Assembly: GCA_905178155.1 (NCBI GenBank)
Contig: CAJINV010000004.1
Span: forward strand, 4,807,996-4,871,995
Length of the DNA: 64,000 nucleotides
Direction of reading: 5' to 3'
From: Amoebophrya sp. A120
Taxonomy: Eukaryota > Protista > Dinoflagellata
Positions within the stretch are counted from its first letter, which is position 1; each line of letters begins with the position of its first letter. The notes under the pieces are model-generated. The model saw only the letters and a list, made by a program, of their open reading frames with translations, was not told the origin of the DNA and ran no database searches. This document shows positions 58,861 to 64,000 of the stretch, piece by piece. Position numbers and translations under genes: made by a program.

Positions 58861-61800
58861 TGCGACCATCTGCAACTGATTTTTGGTTGTTCTATCTCAG
58901 TCATCTGGGACTAGCAGATTGCTTTTGCTGTTTTGCCATTTTTGCTTCGACTATATAGAAATTATTGATATGAGTGGTAAGTCTATGTTTCGAAAAAGCG
59001 CAACAACTCGATCCATCAACACTGAAGACAGACCTAATTCCCACTAATAGAAACTTAAAATTATTCTCTCACCACTATGTATTTTTTTCTGATTTGCTGG
59101 GTCTTGGATCTCAAGTTTCAAAACGAAACATTCACGACCTCTCTTGATGGAACATTTCCAAACACAAATAAACTTAAATAAGTGCGGAAGGAGCTGCGCG
59201 AGTGTAGCAGTATTTAACACAAGCGGAACCTGATTTCCGACCCTCGGTTCCTTTTTTGTTCTGTTCAACTTCATAATTCTGTCGTCGGGTAGCACTCACT
59301 GGTAGTAGTTGTCGTGTCCAGACAAAAAGAAGTCCATCGTCTTTCCAGTGAGAGAAGGCATCGTCGGAACGACCTTCCCCGTAGCGAGTTCCAAGAGAGT
59401 CATCGTCAGAGTGAAGTCACAGCACACAATGTCGTCATCGTTTCAATCGTTCAAGAAAAGTTTCAGTCGTAGAGCAAGTCGTCATTCGTCAGGGGGTCAG
59501 CAGAAGCTCTTCGCAGTCAGCGAGATGAAAAGATCGAAAAACCCAAGTCGCAGTCAGCGAGAGAAAAGATCGCAAAACCAAGTCGCAGTAGCAATTTTTA
59601 GCACAAGTCAGCAGTATCTTTGTTAATCGAAAAAAGCTTCATGTCGCACGTCAGCAGCAACAGTCTCATGTCATCGCAAAAGCGCGATCGTATGAAAGTA
59701 ATTAGTGATGGGGCAGTGTGCCAGTTTGGATGACTTATTCCCTCCGTTGCGCTATGCAATTCCTTGCAACGCAACATTTTGCACCTCGACTTTCTCATTG
59801 ATTTTTCTTCATCACTGACACATCGCACCATCACTAATTAACTTTCATACCTCGTCCTTCTCCGTCTCTCGGCAAGCGGCATTCCGTCGAGCCTCAGTCG
59901 TAGGGTATCGGCTCGCTCCCTCCGTTCCGTCGCAATTGGCAGGAATGCCGCAAGAGAAGAATCAAACGAGAACAAAAATCTTCATGTCAAACCACTTCGA
60001 AAAGTAGTCGCGGCTTCAAATCGGGTTTAGAAGAAAGAGTAGTGGGAGAAGGAAGAGCGGAGCGTCTTCCGTGTCGCGTATCAACAAAAACATCTCACAC
60101 TAGCACAAATAGCATTTTGCATGACAGATTTGCATTCCGCTGTAGCATGCCATCTTATCTTGCTATAAGTGCTCAGTGAGATCTTTTTGTTTTTCATAAG
60201 TCTTTTCGCCACCAGTTCTTGGAGACCGGAAATCAGTAGAGCGGTGTTAAACTCAATCATTCAATGTTCCTGATACCGAGACCCCCATCTCTCGGAAATT
60301 CTTCTTCGATTCTTTCTCCGATCTATCTGTCAAATTATTTATTTCATCGAATGGAATATATCGAATGAATAGATATGAGAAATCATAATCATAAAGAAGA
60401 AGATCTATGATCCGAGAAGATGATGAATATATATGAGAAATATATGGGGGGACAAACTAGGCATGACGAAGTGAGAGTGGTCTTTTTTCGAGCCTTATAT
60501 ATAGCGGGTTTCTGGCGAGTTGTCCATTTTCGGGGAAGCTCAGGCGAGGCCCCCTGTGTCTAGTTTTGGCGCATTAGCAGCAGCCTAATGCGCCACATTG
60601 TCTACCTGAGGTTCGCGTCCACATCGTTTGCATTGTTTCGAAAATGGCATGGTGGTCGCGCTAGAAAACATTTTAATAGAATATCCAAGTAGGGTATTCC
60701 GCCCGCTCGGAATTCTATATCCATGTCGTCTCATCATGGATACATATTAGAGGGGTGGAATGATTTTTTATAAAATGGTTTCCATCGATTATTTAAATGT
60801 GTGTGTCTATGGATGTTTCATTTTTAAATAAATTTTCTCTCCATAGAAGCCACAAAACAAAAGATCTATAATCCGATGAAATGAATCATAATTCTTTTCA
60901 ATCTCCCTGGAATAATATCCTTCATCATGATTTCTTTATGTTTTTTCGTTTCTTTCCGGAATTCATAATATAAATGAATTTGTGATATTATTCGGATTGA
61001 AAATCTGGATTGGAAATATGTTATCGATAGAGAGATTTTATCCGATCGAAATATTTGAACAAATTTGATATTAGGATCGATCGAAATTTAAAAATTTTTA
61101 ATTTTATAATTTTCTCTCCCTATAAAAAAGAATGGATTTCCCCTCATATTGGAGGAGGAAATATGAATGAGGGATCCCAAATCATAATTCCTCGAAAAAA
61201 ATCTATCAGAATAATCATGATTATTCGAAAAGAATCTATCAGAATACAAATCTCATTCGATGGATATCCATTGATATCCATAATCTGAATGATCTTGATG
61301 AAAGATATTGAGTCTCATCCTCCTCCAGGATTGGGTAGATTTTCGCCCTAACGCTTTCAGGCCGGAAAATCCAAAATTTTTTCGAATTTTTTTTTTCTTC
61401 GGCAGATGCCCCATTGTCCGAGAAACCAAAGAAAAGACAAGGTGGTCCCTGAGAATGGTGAGGCGAGAAGCGTCACAGGTGGGAGAGGCAGAGGCAAGAA
61501 TAATTCTGTGAGGGGCGCGCGGCTGCCTGAGCCTCCAGAGGAGGGGCGACAAAATACGCAAGGAAGAAGGGCCACAACCTGCGCGCGAGGTAGTCGACAG
61601 GCATATGGAAAAAGCCGAACGAGCCCTGACTTAAATCCCCGGCGCTGGGCAATGGGGCCCAGGGCTTCATCGATGGACTATTCCCTGCTCAGCCCGGGCG
61701 TGGGGAAAAAGGATGTCGCAAACCCCACGAGCCTGTCTTGAAATTTTCACGAGATTTCCTGCTCGGAAAATTTCAGGAAAATTTCAAACAGGCTCAGGAA

Positions 61801-63814
61801 AATTTCAATTCGGCTCAGGAAAATTTCAACGGACCTCAAAAATGGTCCCGGAAAATTTTGAAAATCGGGCATGTAGCGCAAAATCCCTCACGTTTTTGCA
61901 ATTTGCCCGATTTTTAAAATTTTCCTGAAATTTTCCTTGCGATGGTTTTGGTTTTCTCTTGATTTTCCCCGAAATTTTCCTGAGATTTTCCGCGACCACC
62001 CCCGCGGCAAAATCCCAGGGAAAATCTGTAGCGCAGAAAAGGTTCTCAGAAAACCATTACACATCCACAGAAACCGGCGAAAGGTTGGCGCCCGAGATTT
62101 TTCGCAGACAAAACCTAAGACACACCCACCCGACATTTTGTCGAACATCGGAAAACCCCACACATGAAGAGAAACAACCTCCATCCAACCCACCCCATGC
62201 TGGGTCCACTGAACACAGAGTTGGCCCATAAGACACAGAAAACACGGACGCAACAAGACCCGAAGGAGAAAAGGATACCGGAGAGACACAGGCAACCACC
62301 ATAGAAACCCCGAAGCCCCGGCCATTTGCTGCAAAGCAATAACGGAGAAATTTTTTTTGGATTTTTTTCGGATTTTATTTGCGGGGTTTTTGGATTTTCC
62401 GAAATATTTCCGCTTAGGCACAAAATCCCACCAACCAGGAGAACCAAAATTAAAATATCAATTCATCACATCATTCTCCCATAATTAGATATGGATAAGA
62501 TTTGAAAAATTTTTCATTTTCTATCTCGAATAAATATTTTTGATCTATATTGTCTTTCTTTTTTGTTTTCGAAAATCTCTCAATCATATATGGAATATTT
62601 CTTATTCTGGATGTGATTTTGGTTTTCAAAAAATATCAAAATCTCAATATGCAATCTTCAAGAAAGGATGACCGAAAAAATTAAAATCTATGATGAATCC
62701 CCTCGATTCATGATAAAATTAATTCAGATCATGATTTTCGATTCTGATGGGAGTGAGGAACATCGGGGAGCAAGTAGAAAACAAAAATCTTTAGTCTTGG
62801 CGCTTTTCTTGTCGCGCTGCCTATGATCAACTCAACCACATTAAGCAAAAAAAGAAGCAGGAAATATAAATAAGCGCCTCATTTGGTTCCGCTCGGAAAT
62901 TCAAACTTCGTGTTGACAGGCTTCTGTTTTATTCATTCTACCTCACCTCTACTGCCTAAGCGAAAACAATATCATATGTGATCAAGGAGAGTGGGCTCGT
63001 GATTTTCTGTTTTTCTAATTTCAAGTTGTGGGCGCGACTCAGCCCGGACCCGCTGATACAGCATTGCCAATACCTGGCGCTATTGCGCGACAGACACAAT
63101 TTTGATCCGGTCATGGCATATCATACATTGCTAGAAGAATGCCGCTAATAAATTCAGCAGTGCTCCCGCTTGCGCTTCTTTCTGATTGCTTTCGAGCGCA
63201 ACTCTATTTGTACAGTTTAAGTTTTTATTTGTGTACAGGTAAATTTATGAAAAAATAACCTCCATGATCAAGATATATTTACGTCGGCATCTTGAGCTTC
63301 TATTGCAAACACAAACATCTTCTTCACTTAGGTATCCTCTTCTTCATCCAACCAACGCCAACAGGTGCCTATTTCTAGAATATTTTATATGTATATGTAT
63401 ATTAATATTTCTTGTTTACTACGGTGCTTAGGTTGTAGAACTCATTGGCGCACCCAACGAAAACCGGGCGTCACTTGGGCCGCTGTTTGAGGGGTGGTTC
63501 GTTTTTGTCGTTTTCGTTTTTCTCCTCTGTCGTTCCCCCCGACGCATTCGCACTGCCGCGGCTCGAGCTTCGTGTTATGCGAGAGAAAACAGAACGCAGG
63601 GGCGTAGATGGGCAACGAAAACGTTTGGGGCGCGTGAGGTGGGTCATCTCGCTTGTAACTAAAACCAACCCTCCAACTATCCCTATTCGGGCGGCGGAAA
63701 AGCCAGCGTGCCCCACGAAAAGCCGATCCTGGAGGTCGGCCTATCGTGCCTAAGCGGGGCGGCAAAGAACCAACCACCCAACTGCCCTGGGCCAAGGTTT
63801 TTCGCCCCGGAACC

Positions 63815-64000
63815 TTGCCCCAGGGCAGGTTTTTTCGCCCCTCTAACTTGGGCGCGATAAAAGCTGCCCCAGGGCAGGTTTTTTCGCCCCTCTAACTTGG
63901 GCACGATAAAAGCTGCCCCAGGGCAGGTTTTTTCGCCCCTCTAACTTGGGCACGATAAAAGCTGCCCCAGGGCAGGTTTTTTCGCCCCTCTAACTTGGGC
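63815..64000. repeat. 49-bp tandem satellite (runs off the window end)
   Basis: CTCTAACTTGGGC recurs at 63841, 63890, 63939 and 63988. The unit contains AAAAGCTGCCCCAGGGCAGGTTTTTTCGCCCC, and a degenerate unit lies upstream at ~63780-63815. Confidence 0.93.

Noticed and set aside
61664-61676. CTTCATCGATG, the reverse complement of a 5.8S rRNA-like motif
   Set aside because: The flanking sequence does not continue the 5.8S consensus, and no 18S or 28S sequence is visible.
1-64000. Dinoflagellate spliced-leader relics, tRNA or rRNA genes
   Set aside because: None was recognised by eye. Absence is not proven without a covariance-model search.

Overview
This is eukaryotic, gene-dense DNA in which essentially every supportable protein gene lies on the + strand. 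The architecture most resembles a syndinian/dinoflagellate-type genome such as Amoebophrya (an inference, not a database match). Genes include a bacterial-type formate--tetrahydrofolate ligase, a C2HC zinc-finger protein, a DUF4470/TPR protein, a TPR-SET protein, a papain-family protease, an ornithine cyclodeaminase-like enzyme, a large Kazal-containing membrane protein, an outer-dynein-arm docking-complex-like protein and a tandem triplication of a small Cys-rich protein gene. The dominant signal is an invasive intron-forming element system. I found 23 insertions of 149-1192 bp in several terminal-inverted-repeat (TIR) families, all in coding exons and all with one grammar: 5-bp target duplication | TAT(C/G)...TIR...(C/G)ATA | 5-bp duplication. 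Most lack GT-AG. Removing the element plus one duplication restores the reading frame in every case. Paralogues in the triplicated block preserve empty and filled sites. The window ends in a gene-free AT-rich tract and a 49-bp satellite. All coordinates were read by eye, and splicing is inferred from DNA only.
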